DNA of 64,000 bases from Planctomycetota bacterium (GTDB lineage Bacteria > Planctomycetota > B15-G4 > JADJEK01): assembly GCA_044225365.1 (NCBI GenBank), contig JBGAIQ010000002.1, positions 116,451 through 180,450 of the forward strand, written 5' to 3'. How positions within the stretch are numbered: the stretch's first letter is position 1; each line of letters opens with the position of its first letter. The notes under the pieces are model-generated. The model saw only the letters and a list, made by a program, of their open reading frames with translations, searched no databases and was not told where the DNA came from. The position numbers and the translations under genes were made by a program. This document shows positions 9,894-19,498 of the stretch, piece by piece.

Positions 9894-9958
9894 GCACGGA
9901 CCGCCGGGCCGGACCGGCATCTTACTAATGATGCCGGGCGGAGCCCGGCGGTCCGAGA
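9892..9958. repeat. Long inverted repeat (about 24-bp stem, 9-nt loop) built from two copies of the GGACCGCCGGGC...GGCAT mini-palindrome
   Basis: GGACCGCCGGGCCGGACCGGCAT, then CTTACTAAT, then GATGCCGGGCGGAGCCCGGCGGTCC. The second arm is the reverse complement of the repeat at 4803-4826. Confidence 0.65.
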
Positions 9959-9965
9959 GGAGCGC

Positions 9966-11582
9966 TCAGCGCTTTTCGAGCCAGGGGCGGATGAAGTTCG
10001 CGAGGGCCTCGCCCACGATCTCGTTGCCGCGGCGGTTGAGGTGGGTATCGCGCAGGGAGTAGACGTGATGTTTGCCGTCGGGGGGTGACTTCGGGGGAGG
10101 CGCGCTTCGCAACAACGGGAGGAGGTCGAGGTAGGGGATGTTCGCCGCGTCGAAGAACTCTTTGAGCAAGCGTTGGGGCCGATCGCGATCGAGCGCGAAT
10201 CCAGCGGCGCTCTTCTCGACCGAGTTCCACAAGTCGTCCTCGACCTGGAATTCGTCCGGGATGATCACGCAGACGAGGGGGATTCGCCCGGCTCCCTGCT
10301 GCATCGCCCGCAGGGCGGCGAACATGGCGTCGGGAGGGGGCGAGTCGACTCGACATGCGCCGAGCGCGCGAATCACTTCGGTATTCAGGAAACGGCCGGG
10401 CGTCATCGTCTCCCGTTCGAGCGCGGGGTCGTCGAGCCACGGGAAGTGGCGGGCGAGTGCAACGGGATCGTTCGAATCACCCGCCGGAATCGCATGCTCG
10501 CCCGCGATCTCACCCGCGGCACGACCGAGCTCTCCCGACTCGGCATCGGCGATCCACAGCCGGCGCGGCACCTGGTAGAGCAGAAGATTCTCGGTGTCGA
10601 GCCAGTCGCCGCCGAACGACGAACCCGCGAATCGCCCCGCGGCGTCGAGGAAGTCGTTACCGACGAACAGCGACACGACGATGAGGTCGGGAGCGAGAGC
10701 GGAGACGTCGGATTGCAGCAGGTCGGCGTATTCGAACGGTCCGATGCCGGGCAGTCCGACGTTGCACACCTCGGCGCCGGTCTCTCGCTCGCACACGGTT
10801 CCGAAATGGAAGTAGTGCGGCACGATCCCGACGACGAACGAATCGCCGATCAGCGCGACGCGGGGCTTGTCCGCCGCACCCTTCTGCCGCGGCTGCCATT
10901 CGTCGTCGTAGAACCCGCCCGAGTTGCAACGGAAACCGAAGCGATTCGTCCCCGGCGCATAGCGGGCCGCCGCGACGGCGTCGCTCACGCTTCCCGAGGC
11001 GCGTGAGAAGATCGGCGACGGCTTCCAATGCGCGAAGATGCGCAGCGTGATCTCGCAGCAGAGGGCGAGCAGGCAGATCTGGAACAGGGCGAACCCGAAG
11101 CCGCTCCGAAGTCGTCGCGGCAGGGTCCGCTCGAGCCATGGCGAAAGGAGTCGCCACGAAACGAAGGCGAGCGATGCCGTCGCCAGGATCAAGAGCCCTT
11201 CCATGCGCCGATACGGTTGGACGAGCACGATCCCGGCGATCGACGACCCGATGCAGCAGACGAACGCCGCGCGCAGCAGCCCGCCGATGGATGTTGAGAC
11301 GGTCCCGCGCACGCGCCGCATTGCGACCCCGCCCGCCGCGATGCCCGCAGCCAGGATTGCGAGGAGCGCGACGTATCGCAGGTCGTAGATCGCGTACATC
11401 GGCAGTCGCCGCTGGAGCAGGTGTACCGTGACGTACACCAGATCCGCGAGCGCCGCAACGAGAAGGGCCGTCTCGGCCCAGTGCGCGAGCGAACGCGTGC
11501 CGCGCTCCCTCGGCGCGAGGGAATCGCTCACGTCATCGCTTTCTCGTTTCATCGCGGAAGGCTGCATCGCACTCGACATCAT
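9966..11582 (-). CDS. Membrane-anchored SGNH/GDSL-type hydrolase (AlgX/AlgJ-like architecture)
   Basis: The N-terminal third has several hydrophobic helices. The C-terminal domain has ALIGDSFVVG (GDS(L) block I) and RDTHLNRRGNEIV (the DxxH block). Confidence 0.65.
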   Translation of the reverse strand: MMSSAMQPSAMKRESDDVSDSLAPRERGTRSLAHWAETALLVAALADLVYVTVHLLQRRLPMYAIYDLRYVALLAILAAGIAAGGVAMRRVRGTVSTSIGGLLRAAFVCCIGSSIAGIVLVQPYRRMEGLLILATASLAFVSWRLLSPWLERTLPRRLRSGFGFALFQICLLALCCEITLRIFAHWKPSPIFSRASGSVSDAVAAARYAPGTNRFGFRCNSGGFYDDEWQPRQKGAADKPRVALIGDSFVVGIVPHYFHFGTVCERETGAEVCNVGLPGIGPFEYADLLQSDVSALAPDLIVVSLFVGNDFLDAAGRFAGSSFGGDWLDTENLLLYQVPRRLWIADAESGELGRAAGEIAGEHAIPAGDSNDPVALARHFPWLDDPALERETMTPGRFLNTEVIRALGACRVDSPPPDAMFAALRAMQQGAGRIPLVCVIIPDEFQVEDDLWNSVEKSAAGFALDRDRPQRLLKEFFDAANIPYLDLLPLLRSAPPPKSPPDGKHHVYSLRDTHLNRRGNEIVGEALANFIRPWLEKR

Positions 11583-11662
11583 GGCCGCAACGGTGCGATG
11601 GGTCGAAATGAAAAACGGGCGGCGTCCGGAATCGCGCGCGCTCGCGCGTCCCTCGGTAGATT

Positions 11663-12355
11663 GTGCGCGTGCCCGGCGAGACTCACCCCCGTCATCACTA
11701 CGGCCTGCTGCATCGGTTCCGTTATCGGCACCGCCTGCTGCTCGCGGTGCTGATCGGGTTCTTCCTCACGCTCCCGGCGATCGAGAACGGTTGGGTGCCG
11801 TCGTACGTCGGCTCTCTGCTCTTCACGTTCGTCGTCGTCCCGAGCGTCATCGCCACGGGGCGGAACGCGAGGCTCATCGGAGTGGGGCTGCTACTCGCCT
11901 CGCCCTCGGTCGTCGTGCTCGCTCTCGTGTTCTTCGGGATCGTTCCGCGCAATGCGACCTCGGAGGCGGTGCACGCGGGATCGATGGCGGCGGTGTTGCT
12001 CTTCGCCGTCGTCGCGATGGGCCGGCATCTGTTCGTCACGACGGCGGTGAACGAGGAGACGCTCGCGGCGTCGATCGGCGTCTACGTCCTCATCGGCTAC
12101 CTGTTCGCGAGCCTCTACGAGTTCCACTACCATGTGATCGGCGGAACGCTGAGCGGGATGCCGGGGCCGCTCAGCATGTCGCAGTTCGTGTACTTCAGCT
12201 TCACGACGCTCACAACCGTCGGCTTCGGCGAGTTGATCCCGGCGACGCCCTTCGCGCGCGCGCTCGCCAACATCGAAGGGGTCGCGGGGCAGGTCTTCCT
12301 CGTCGTCCTCGTCGCGCGGCTCGTCGGACGTTCGATGCTCGAACGTGATGGATGA
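11663..12355 (+). CDS. Ion-channel protein of the two-TM potassium-channel pore family (Ion_trans_2)
   Basis: The start is a GTG. There are hydrophobic helices and a pore-type signature FTTLTTVGFGE, which is related to the K+ selectivity filter TxGYG. Confidence 0.65.
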   Translation: MRVPGETHPRHHYGLLHRFRYRHRLLLAVLIGFFLTLPAIENGWVPSYVGSLLFTFVVVPSVIATGRNARLIGVGLLLASPSVVVLALVFFGIVPRNATSEAVHAGSMAAVLLFAVVAMGRHLFVTTAVNEETLAASIGVYVLIGYLFASLYEFHYHVIGGTLSGMPGPLSMSQFVYFSFTTLTTVGFGELIPATPFARALANIEGVAGQVFLVVLVARLVGRSMLERDG

Positions 12356-12426
12356 GGCCGCCGACGGCTCGTTTTGGCCGGCGAACCTGTTAATCTGCCG
12401 AGTTCCACCCCGAGGAATCCGAGCGC

Positions 12427-14115
12427 ATGGGCGTCAGCACTTCCGACATCATCTTCCAGCTCCAGAAGGTCACCAAGTCCGTCGGCACGCGAACCTTGTT
12501 CGAGGACGCGTCGCTGTCGTTCCTGAAGGGCGCGCGCATCGGCGTCATCGGGCCGAACGGCATGGGCAAGTCGACGCTCCTCAAGATCATGGCGGGAGTC
12601 GACAAGGAGTACTACGGCGAGGTGTTCCTCGCTCCCGGCACCAAGGTCGGCTACGTGCCGCAGGAGCCGAAACTCGATCCCGCCCTCACCGTGATGGGCA
12701 ACGTCGAGCAGGGCGTGAAGCCGATCCGCGACATGATCAAGAAGTACGAGGAGATCAGCGCGAAGCTCGGCGAGGAGATGCCCGAGGAGCAGATGAACGA
12801 CCTCATCGAGAAGATGGGGCGATTGCAGGAGGAGATCGACGCGAAGGACGCGTGGGAGCTCGACCGGCACATCGAACAGGCGATGCACGCCCTGCGCCTG
12901 CCGCCGCCCGATTCCGCCGTCACGCATCTCTCGGGCGGCGAGAAGCGTCGCGTCGCGCTGTGCCGCACGCTCCTCGAACATCCGGATCTGCTGCTGCTCG
13001 ACGAACCGACGAACCATCTCGACGCCGACACGGTGCTCTGGCTCGAGCGCCATCTGCAGGATTACCAGGGCACGATCGTCCTCGTCACGCACGACCGCTA
13101 CTTCCTCGACAACGTCGTGGGCTGGATGCTCGAGGTCGATCGCGGTGAGTTGCGCCCCTACGAAGGCAACTACTCGAGCTACCTGGCGCAGCGTGAGGAA
13201 TACTATCGCCAGCGGCAGAAGGCCGACGACGAGCGCGCGAAGCTGATCAACCGCGAGCTCGAGTGGATCCGACAGAATCCGAAGGGCCGCGGCACCAAGA
13301 GCAAGTCGCGCATCGCGCGGTACGAAGAACTCGTCTCGCAGCACAGCAAGACGATCAAGGACGAGCTCACGCTCCACATCGGCTTCACGAAGCGCCTTGG
13401 CGACAAGGTGATGGTCGTGAAGGACGTCTCGAAGAAGTACGGCGACCGCGTCGTCTTCAAGGGCCTCGACTTCGAGCTGCCCGCCGGCGCGATCCTCGGC
13501 GTCGTCGGCCCGAACGGCACCGGCAAGACGACGCTCATGCGCATGATCGTGGGCCAAGATTCAACGGCGAAGCCCGACACGGGCGCGATCGAGATCGGCG
13601 CCACGGTCGATCTCTGCTACCTCGATCAGAGCCGCGAAGCACTGAAGGACGACGTCTCGGTCTACGACGAGATCACGGGCGGCAAGGACATCATGAAGGT
13701 CGCGGGCAACGACGTGAACGGCCGCGCCTACGTCTCACGCTTCAACTTCCGCGGCTCCGACCAGCAGAAGAAGATGCGCGACTGCTCGGGCGGCGAGCGC
13801 AATCGAGTGCAGATGGCGAAGATGCTGGCCCGCGGCGGCAACCTCATCCTGCTCGACGAACCGACGAACGACCTCGATCTCACGACGCTGCGCCATCTCG
13901 AGGAAGCGCTCCTCGAATTCCCCGGCAACTGCATCGTCGTCACGCACGACCGCTGGTTCCTCGACCGCATCGCGACGCACATCCTCGCCTTCGAGGGCGA
14001 CGGGACCGTGTACTTCCATCCCGGCAACTTCGAGAGCTGGCGCGAGTACCGCATCTCGCTCGGCCTGAAGACCGACGAGCCGGTGGGCGCGCATCGCCGC
14101 TTCAGCGGGTCCTGA
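12427..14115 (+). CDS. ettA: ABC-F ATPase EttA (energy-dependent translational throttle)
   Basis: The 562-aa product has two ABC cassettes: Walker A GPNGMGKST and GPNGTGKTT, and signature motifs LSGGEKRRVAL and CSGGERNRVQMA. The length and N-terminus (MGVSTSDIIFQLQKVTKSVG) are typical of EttA/YjjK. Confidence 0.9.
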   Translation: MGVSTSDIIFQLQKVTKSVGTRTLFEDASLSFLKGARIGVIGPNGMGKSTLLKIMAGVDKEYYGEVFLAPGTKVGYVPQEPKLDPALTVMGNVEQGVKPIRDMIKKYEEISAKLGEEMPEEQMNDLIEKMGRLQEEIDAKDAWELDRHIEQAMHALRLPPPDSAVTHLSGGEKRRVALCRTLLEHPDLLLLDEPTNHLDADTVLWLERHLQDYQGTIVLVTHDRYFLDNVVGWMLEVDRGELRPYEGNYSSYLAQREEYYRQRQKADDERAKLINRELEWIRQNPKGRGTKSKSRIARYEELVSQHSKTIKDELTLHIGFTKRLGDKVMVVKDVSKKYGDRVVFKGLDFELPAGAILGVVGPNGTGKTTLMRMIVGQDSTAKPDTGAIEIGATVDLCYLDQSREALKDDVSVYDEITGGKDIMKVAGNDVNGRAYVSRFNFRGSDQQKKMRDCSGGERNRVQMAKMLARGGNLILLDEPTNDLDLTTLRHLEEALLEFPGNCIVVTHDRWFLDRIATHILAFEGDGTVYFHPGNFESWREYRISLGLKTDEPVGAHRRFSGS

Positions 14116-14124
14116 CGGACTGCC

Positions 14125-14703
14125 TCAAGACGTCTTGCGAAGCTTGCTCGCTCGCGGCCGCGCGACCGGCTTGCGAGGAGTCGGCTCGCGTTTCGTTGCG
14201 GGCTTCGGCTTCGTCCGGGGGTTTGCCTTGCCGATCGCGGCGGTCATCGAGAGGACTCGCTTGCCGGCCCGTTTGCTCACGGGCGGCAGGATCGCGAGCA
14301 CGTAGGACTGCAGCGACGACGGGACCTGGGCCGCCGGCGGACCGAGCGGGGTGCGATTCTCGAACAGGATCTCGGGGATGACGGCGCGCGCGAGGCGGCG
14401 CTTCACGCGGTAGATCACGTCGCCGTCGACGATCATCGCGAAGGGCAGGAGCACGAGCGGGGTCGTGGCGAACGACTGCGTGGTCTTGAACGCGCCCACG
14501 GCGACGACGACGGAGCGCTGCGCGATCTCGATCGTGAACTCGTCGCCGTTCGCGGACGGCACGCCGTGCACGTCGATGGTCGCCACGGCGAGGAAGCGTC
14601 CGGCTTCGTCGCGGCGGATGAGGAACGCTGGCCAGAGCTGGACTCGGCCTGGCGATGGTTCAGGATTCGTCTCGACAAGGATCGCGGGCGTGCGATCAAG
14701 CAT
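14125..14703 (-). CDS. Hypothetical protein (192 aa) with a basic Pro/Lys-rich C-terminal tail
   Basis: The ATG at 14703 begins MLDRT. It is the only ORF in the 14116-14937 gap. This is the 3' portion of the 611-aa antisense ORF in the track; the rest of that ORF overlaps the thioredoxin gene and is rejected. Confidence 0.4.
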   Translation of the reverse strand: MLDRTPAILVETNPEPSPGRVQLWPAFLIRRDEAGRFLAVATIDVHGVPSANGDEFTIEIAQRSVVVAVGAFKTTQSFATTPLVLLPFAMIVDGDVIYRVKRRLARAVIPEILFENRTPLGPPAAQVPSSLQSYVLAILPPVSKRAGKRVLSMTAAIGKANPRTKPKPATKREPTPRKPVARPRASKLRKTS

Positions 14704-14937
14704 TCGAACTTCCTTCACGGGCGTGTGCGGCGGCGCGACGCCGTGCGCTGGCGCGTGGCGATGCTGGAACGTTCGGCGTATCCTGGACCCACTCGATGAG
14801 GCTTTCGTGAGATTCATCGAGCAGTGGCCGAGGAATCGCGGAACGCATCGGTGCACGGCTCGTAAACACGCGCCCGACCTTCGGCACGGTCCGATTCCGT
14901 TCTTACGTCCCCGGGATTTCGAGGAGATCCACCCGTT

Positions 14938-15912
14938 ATGCGCACCACCCTTCGCAAACTCTCGATCGCCGCCATCGCGGCAACCTTGCTCGCCGGGTCG
15001 GCCCTGGCCGGCGACTCCTGGCTCACGAGCTACAAGGACGCGCTCGCCAAGTCGAAGGAAACGAAATTGCCGGTGATGGCGGACTTCACCGGGAGCGACT
15101 GGTGCCACTGGTGCATCTCGCTGAAGAAGGAAGTCTTCGACACCGACGAGTTCAAGAAGTGGGCCGCGGACCACGTGATCCTGCTCGAACTGGACTTCCC
15201 GCAGGGCAAGAAGCTGAGCAAGGAGCTCACGAAGCAGAACGAAGACCTGAAGGCGAAATTCAACATCGAGGGCTTTCCGACGCTCGTCTTCCTGAACGGC
15301 GACGGCAAGGAACTCGGTCGCGGCGGCTACGTCGAAGGCGGTCCCAAGCCGTGGATCGAGGCGGCGGAGAAAGCCATGAAGGGCGAGCCGAAGGACGCCG
15401 CGAAGGCGCCCGAGGCGAAGGCCGGCGAGGACAAGGGCCCGTGGATCGAGAGCTGGGACGATGCCGTCAAGCGCTCGAAGAAGGAAGGCAAGATGATCCT
15501 TGCCGACTTCACGGGCAGCGACTGGTGCCCCTGGTGCATCAAGCTCCACGACGAGGTGTTCAACACGCCAGAGTTCAAATCGTGGGCGAGCGCCAACGTC
15601 GTGCTGCTGCTCCTCGACTTCCCGCATCACGAACAGGCCGATTCGATCAAGAAGCAGAACGAGAAACTGCAATCGAAGTACGGGATCCAGGGCTTCCCGA
15701 CCGTCCTCTTCCTCGACGCCGCGGGCAAGAAGAAGGGACAGATGGGTTATGAAGCGGGCGGTCCGAAGCCGTGGATCGAGAAGGCCGCGAAGATCGCAGG
15801 CAACAAGAAGCCGGCGCCGGCTCCCAAAGACGCGCCCGCGAAGGATTCGAAGGACGGCGAGAAGACCGACCCGAAGGCGGGCGGCACCGATCAGAAGCCC
15901 ACGAAGAACTGA
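14938..15912 (+). CDS. Secreted tandem thioredoxin-like (Thioredoxin_7/DUF255-like) protein with two CxxC motifs
   Basis: The signal peptide is MRTTLRKLSIAAIAATLLAGSALA. There are two repeats of LPVMADFTGSDWCHWC / MILADFTGSDWCPWC, each followed by a thioredoxin-fold helix. The C-terminus is rich in K, P and A. Confidence 0.8.
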   Translation: MRTTLRKLSIAAIAATLLAGSALAGDSWLTSYKDALAKSKETKLPVMADFTGSDWCHWCISLKKEVFDTDEFKKWAADHVILLELDFPQGKKLSKELTKQNEDLKAKFNIEGFPTLVFLNGDGKELGRGGYVEGGPKPWIEAAEKAMKGEPKDAAKAPEAKAGEDKGPWIESWDDAVKRSKKEGKMILADFTGSDWCPWCIKLHDEVFNTPEFKSWASANVVLLLLDFPHHEQADSIKKQNEKLQSKYGIQGFPTVLFLDAAGKKKGQMGYEAGGPKPWIEKAAKIAGNKKPAPAPKDAPAKDSKDGEKTDPKAGGTDQKPTKN

Positions 15913-16073
15913 TCCCGTCGGGAAACCCACGGTTTCGTGAACACGCGCTCGACTCGCCATCGCGGGTCGGGCGCGTCGTCGTTCACGGGCAACGATTGGC
16001 GGCGGCGCTTGCGATGTGGTGAGATCGCCGCCATTCGGCGGCCGATTCGCCAGCCAAGAAGAGACGACGCACC

Positions 16074-17969
16074 ATGCCCGAACTCTCCTACACCGACCGT
16101 TTGAACCACGACTACGAGCGCGTCCACACGGCGAAGGAAGACGCCTTCTGGACGGCCTACATGGGCCTCGCCGACGATGCGTCGGCCGCTCGCGCGGAGC
16201 TGGTGAAGAAGGAGCAGGAGTTGAAGGCGTTCCTCGCCGATCCCAACCGCCTCCGCACGACGCGCGATGAGCTCTCCCGGGTCGATCGCGCGCAGCATGT
16301 GGGGCATGACTCGCACTCGAAGGGCGTTCCGACCGCCGCCGAGATCGTGAGCCTGAAGGGCTGGGTTCGCACCTTCGAGGCGCACGTGATCGAGAGCGAG
16401 GAGGCGCGCGGACTCTCCGAACGACTCGTCGAGATGGAGGGCGCGCTCGCCAAGGAGCGCGGCAAGTTGAAGCTCGGGTACGACGATCCCCAGAAGGGCT
16501 TCGTGGCCGCGAACACCGTGAAGCTCGCCAACCTCGTCGCCAACGATCCCGACGAACGCATTCGGAGATCGGCGTGGGAGGGTATGCGTTCGATCGAACC
16601 GCACGTGCTCGGGGCCGGGTTCATCGAACTCGTGAAGGCGCGAAATCGCTTCGGCCGGATGCAGGGCGGCGAGGACTTCTACGACGCCACGGTGCGCCGC
16701 GTCGAGGGGCTCTCGAAGGCCGAGATCTTCGCGCTGCTCGACGAACTCGAAGCGAAGACGCGAGAGCGCGGCAAGCAGGCGATCGACGAGCTGTCGCGCA
16801 CCGTCGCGAGTTCGAGCGTGAAGGTCACGCCGTGGAACGTGCGTTACCTCGTCTCCGGCGACGTGAGCAAGGAGCAGGATCCGTACTTCGTGTTCTCCGA
16901 GGCCGTCGCGCGCTGGGGGAGGAGCTTCGCCGCGCTCGGCATCCAGTACCGAGGTGCGCGCCTCGTCCTCGATCTCGTCGACCGCAAGGGCAAGTACGAG
17001 AACGGATTCATGCACGGCCCGAAGCCGGCCTGGCGCGATCATGGCGTCTTCCGCCCGGCGCGCATCCAGTTCACGGCGAACGCGATCCCGGGGCTCGTCG
17101 GCGCGGGCAAGCGCGCGACCGAGACGCTCTTCCATGAAGGCGGTCACGCCGCGCACTTCGCGAACATGGACATGCCGGCGCCGTGCTTCTCGCAGGAGTT
17201 CGCTCCTTCGTCGGTCGCCTTCGCCGAGACGCAGAGCATGTTTCTCGACAGCCTGCTCTCCGACGCCGACTGGCAGGCGCGTTACGCCCGCACGCGTCAG
17301 GGAGCGCCGATGCCGACCGAGCTCGTGATGCGCGGCATTCGCGAGAGCCAGCCGTTCGCCGCCTGGAACCTGCGCGCGATGCTCGCGGTGTGCTACGGCG
17401 AGAAGGCGATCTACGAGATCCCGGAGTCTGAGCTCACGATGGATCGCGTGCTGAAGGAGCTGCGCGACGTCGAGCGTCGCATGCTCTTCCTCGAGGGTTC
17501 GCCGCGCCCGATCCTCGCCGTGCCGCACCTGCTCGCGGGCGAGAGCAGCGCTTACTACCACGGCTACGTGCTCGCGGAGATGGCCGTCGCTCACACGCGT
17601 CACTACTTCAAGGAGCGCGACGGACATCTCGTCGACAACGAGAAGATCGGTCCCGACCTTCGCACTCACTACTGGACCGACGGCAACGCGATGCGCTTCA
17701 CCGATTTCGTCGCGCGGCTCACCAAGAAGCCGCTCTCGGCGGAGGCCCTCGCCTTCGACGTGAACCGCGACGCGGAGACGGCGTCGAGTGACGCCCGCGC
17801 CGCGATCGCGCGGTTGCAAGAGATCGCGCCTTTCACGGGCAAGGTCGATCTCGACGCGTCGATCCGCATCGCGCACGGCAACGAGACGATCGCGGAGGAT
17901 CCCGATTTCGAGAAGCTCAGTCGTGAATTCGCGGGCTGGATCGAGAAGCTCGAGGCGAACAAATCGTGA
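16074..17969 (+). CDS. M3-family zinc oligoendopeptidase (PepF/thimet-like)
   Basis: FHEGGHAAHF is the HExxH zinc motif. FAETQSMFLD, about 30 residues downstream, matches the M3 FAEvPSQ third-ligand block. At 631 aa the length is typical. Confidence 0.75.
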   Translation: MPELSYTDRLNHDYERVHTAKEDAFWTAYMGLADDASAARAELVKKEQELKAFLADPNRLRTTRDELSRVDRAQHVGHDSHSKGVPTAAEIVSLKGWVRTFEAHVIESEEARGLSERLVEMEGALAKERGKLKLGYDDPQKGFVAANTVKLANLVANDPDERIRRSAWEGMRSIEPHVLGAGFIELVKARNRFGRMQGGEDFYDATVRRVEGLSKAEIFALLDELEAKTRERGKQAIDELSRTVASSSVKVTPWNVRYLVSGDVSKEQDPYFVFSEAVARWGRSFAALGIQYRGARLVLDLVDRKGKYENGFMHGPKPAWRDHGVFRPARIQFTANAIPGLVGAGKRATETLFHEGGHAAHFANMDMPAPCFSQEFAPSSVAFAETQSMFLDSLLSDADWQARYARTRQGAPMPTELVMRGIRESQPFAAWNLRAMLAVCYGEKAIYEIPESELTMDRVLKELRDVERRMLFLEGSPRPILAVPHLLAGESSAYYHGYVLAEMAVAHTRHYFKERDGHLVDNEKIGPDLRTHYWTDGNAMRFTDFVARLTKKPLSAEALAFDVNRDAETASSDARAAIARLQEIAPFTGKVDLDASIRIAHGNETIAEDPDFEKLSREFAGWIEKLEANKS

Positions 17970-19483
17970 GTGAGCAGATCCGTCCCGCGGCCACCGTGAT
18001 CGTCACCCGCGGAAGCGGCGAGGACTTCGAGGTCTATCTCGTCGATCGCAATCCGAAGCTGCGCTGGTTCCCCGGCATGAGCGCCTTTCCAGGCGGCGTC
18101 GTGTCGAAGCTCGATGGTCGGGGTCCGCATGGCGAGCGCGCTTGCGCCGTGCGCGAGTTGTTCGAGGAGACCGGGATCCTGCTCGGCGCGCCGAGCGACG
18201 TCGCCGCGAGCGAACTCGAATCCGTACGCCGCGCGCTGCTCGCGGCGGAGAAGAGCGATCAGCGCTGCAGCGAATACGACGCGCTCGTTTCGCGATGCGA
18301 GGAACCCGCGCTCGTCGAACTGTGCCGCATCGTCACGCCGCCGATCGCGCCCGTGCGATTCGATACCGTGTTCTATCGCGTCGAACTGCCTCGCGGACAA
18401 GCGCCTTCGATCTGGCAGGGCGAGCTCGTCGGCGGCGCTTTCGTGAAACCGAAAGAAGCTCTCGCGCGCTGGGTGAAGGGCGAGATGCGGCTCGCGCCGC
18501 CCGTGCTCATCCTGCTCGAGGTGTTCGTCGCGGTCGGCGAGAGCGAGTTCCCGCTCGCGGTGAAGGAGCTGACCGAAGGATTCTCCGAAGGCCTGTTGCC
18601 GCCCGTGCGGTTCTCACCGGGCATCGTGCTCGCGAGCCTCCGGACGCCGACGCTCCCGCCCGCGACGACGACCAACACGTACATCGTCGGCAACGAGCGC
18701 GTCTTCGTCATCGATCCCGGCACTCCCGAACCCGCCGAGATGGATCGCCTCCTCGCTCTACTCGCCGAGATGGAGGAGGCCGGCCGCGAGATCGGCGGCA
18801 TCCTGCTGACGCATCATCATCCCGATCACATCGGCGGGCTTTCGATGCTCGCGCGGGAGTTGCGCGTTCCCGTGTACGCGCACGCGGAGACTCACTCGCG
18901 GATCCCCGTCGGTCTCGACAAGAAGGACCGCTTCGAGCGGGTCACGCTCGACGATGGCGCGACGATCGATCTCGGGATCGCGCCGGACGGTACGACGGGC
19001 TGGACGCTGACCGCGCTCTTCACCCCCGGCCACGCGCGCGGGCATCTCGTATTCCACGAGAATCGCTACGGCGCGGCGATCGTCGGCGACATGATCTCGA
19101 CCGTGTCGACGATCGTGATCGATCCGCCCGAGGGCCACCTCGCGACGTACCTCGCGAGCCTGCGGCGACTCTTGGACCTGCCCCTCGGCGTGCTCTACCC
19201 CGCGCACGGGCCGCCAGTCTTCTTCGGCAAGAAGGTCGTCGACCACTACCTCGCGCACCGCAAGGAACGCGAAGACAAGCTGAAGTCCGCGCTCGCGAGC
19301 GCATCGAAAACCGGTCTCGTCGATCCCTCCGCGATCCTGCCCGTCGTCTACTCCGACGTCGATCCTGCGATCCTGCCCATCGCCGCGCGCTCGCTCCAGG
19401 CCGGCCTCGACAAGCTCGTCGAGGAGGGCGAAGTGCGAGTCCGGGACGGGCGCTACGAATGGGCGGGCGCCCCTTCGGTGTGA
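17966..19483 (+). CDS. Fusion protein with an N-terminal NUDIX hydrolase and a C-terminal MBL-fold metallo-hydrolase
   Basis: The NUDIX box is GERACAVRELFEETGI. The MBL motif is LLTHHHPDHIGG, followed by downstream His/Asp ligands. There is a 4-bp overlap with the upstream gene. Confidence 0.8.
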   Translation: MSEQIRPAATVIVTRGSGEDFEVYLVDRNPKLRWFPGMSAFPGGVVSKLDGRGPHGERACAVRELFEETGILLGAPSDVAASELESVRRALLAAEKSDQRCSEYDALVSRCEEPALVELCRIVTPPIAPVRFDTVFYRVELPRGQAPSIWQGELVGGAFVKPKEALARWVKGEMRLAPPVLILLEVFVAVGESEFPLAVKELTEGFSEGLLPPVRFSPGIVLASLRTPTLPPATTTNTYIVGNERVFVIDPGTPEPAEMDRLLALLAEMEEAGREIGGILLTHHHPDHIGGLSMLARELRVPVYAHAETHSRIPVGLDKKDRFERVTLDDGATIDLGIAPDGTTGWTLTALFTPGHARGHLVFHENRYGAAIVGDMISTVSTIVIDPPEGHLATYLASLRRLLDLPLGVLYPAHGPPVFFGKKVVDHYLAHRKEREDKLKSALASASKTGLVDPSAILPVVYSDVDPAILPIAARSLQAGLDKLVEEGEVRVRDGRYEWAGAPSV

Positions 19484-19498
19484 GTCGCCCGCCGTCGT

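Noticed and set aside
14125-15960. 611-aa minus-strand ORF
   Set aside because: Its 5' two-thirds are antisense to the tandem thioredoxin gene. Only the 3' 579 bp (14125-14703) lies in a gene-free gap, and that part was kept as a low-confidence hypothetical.
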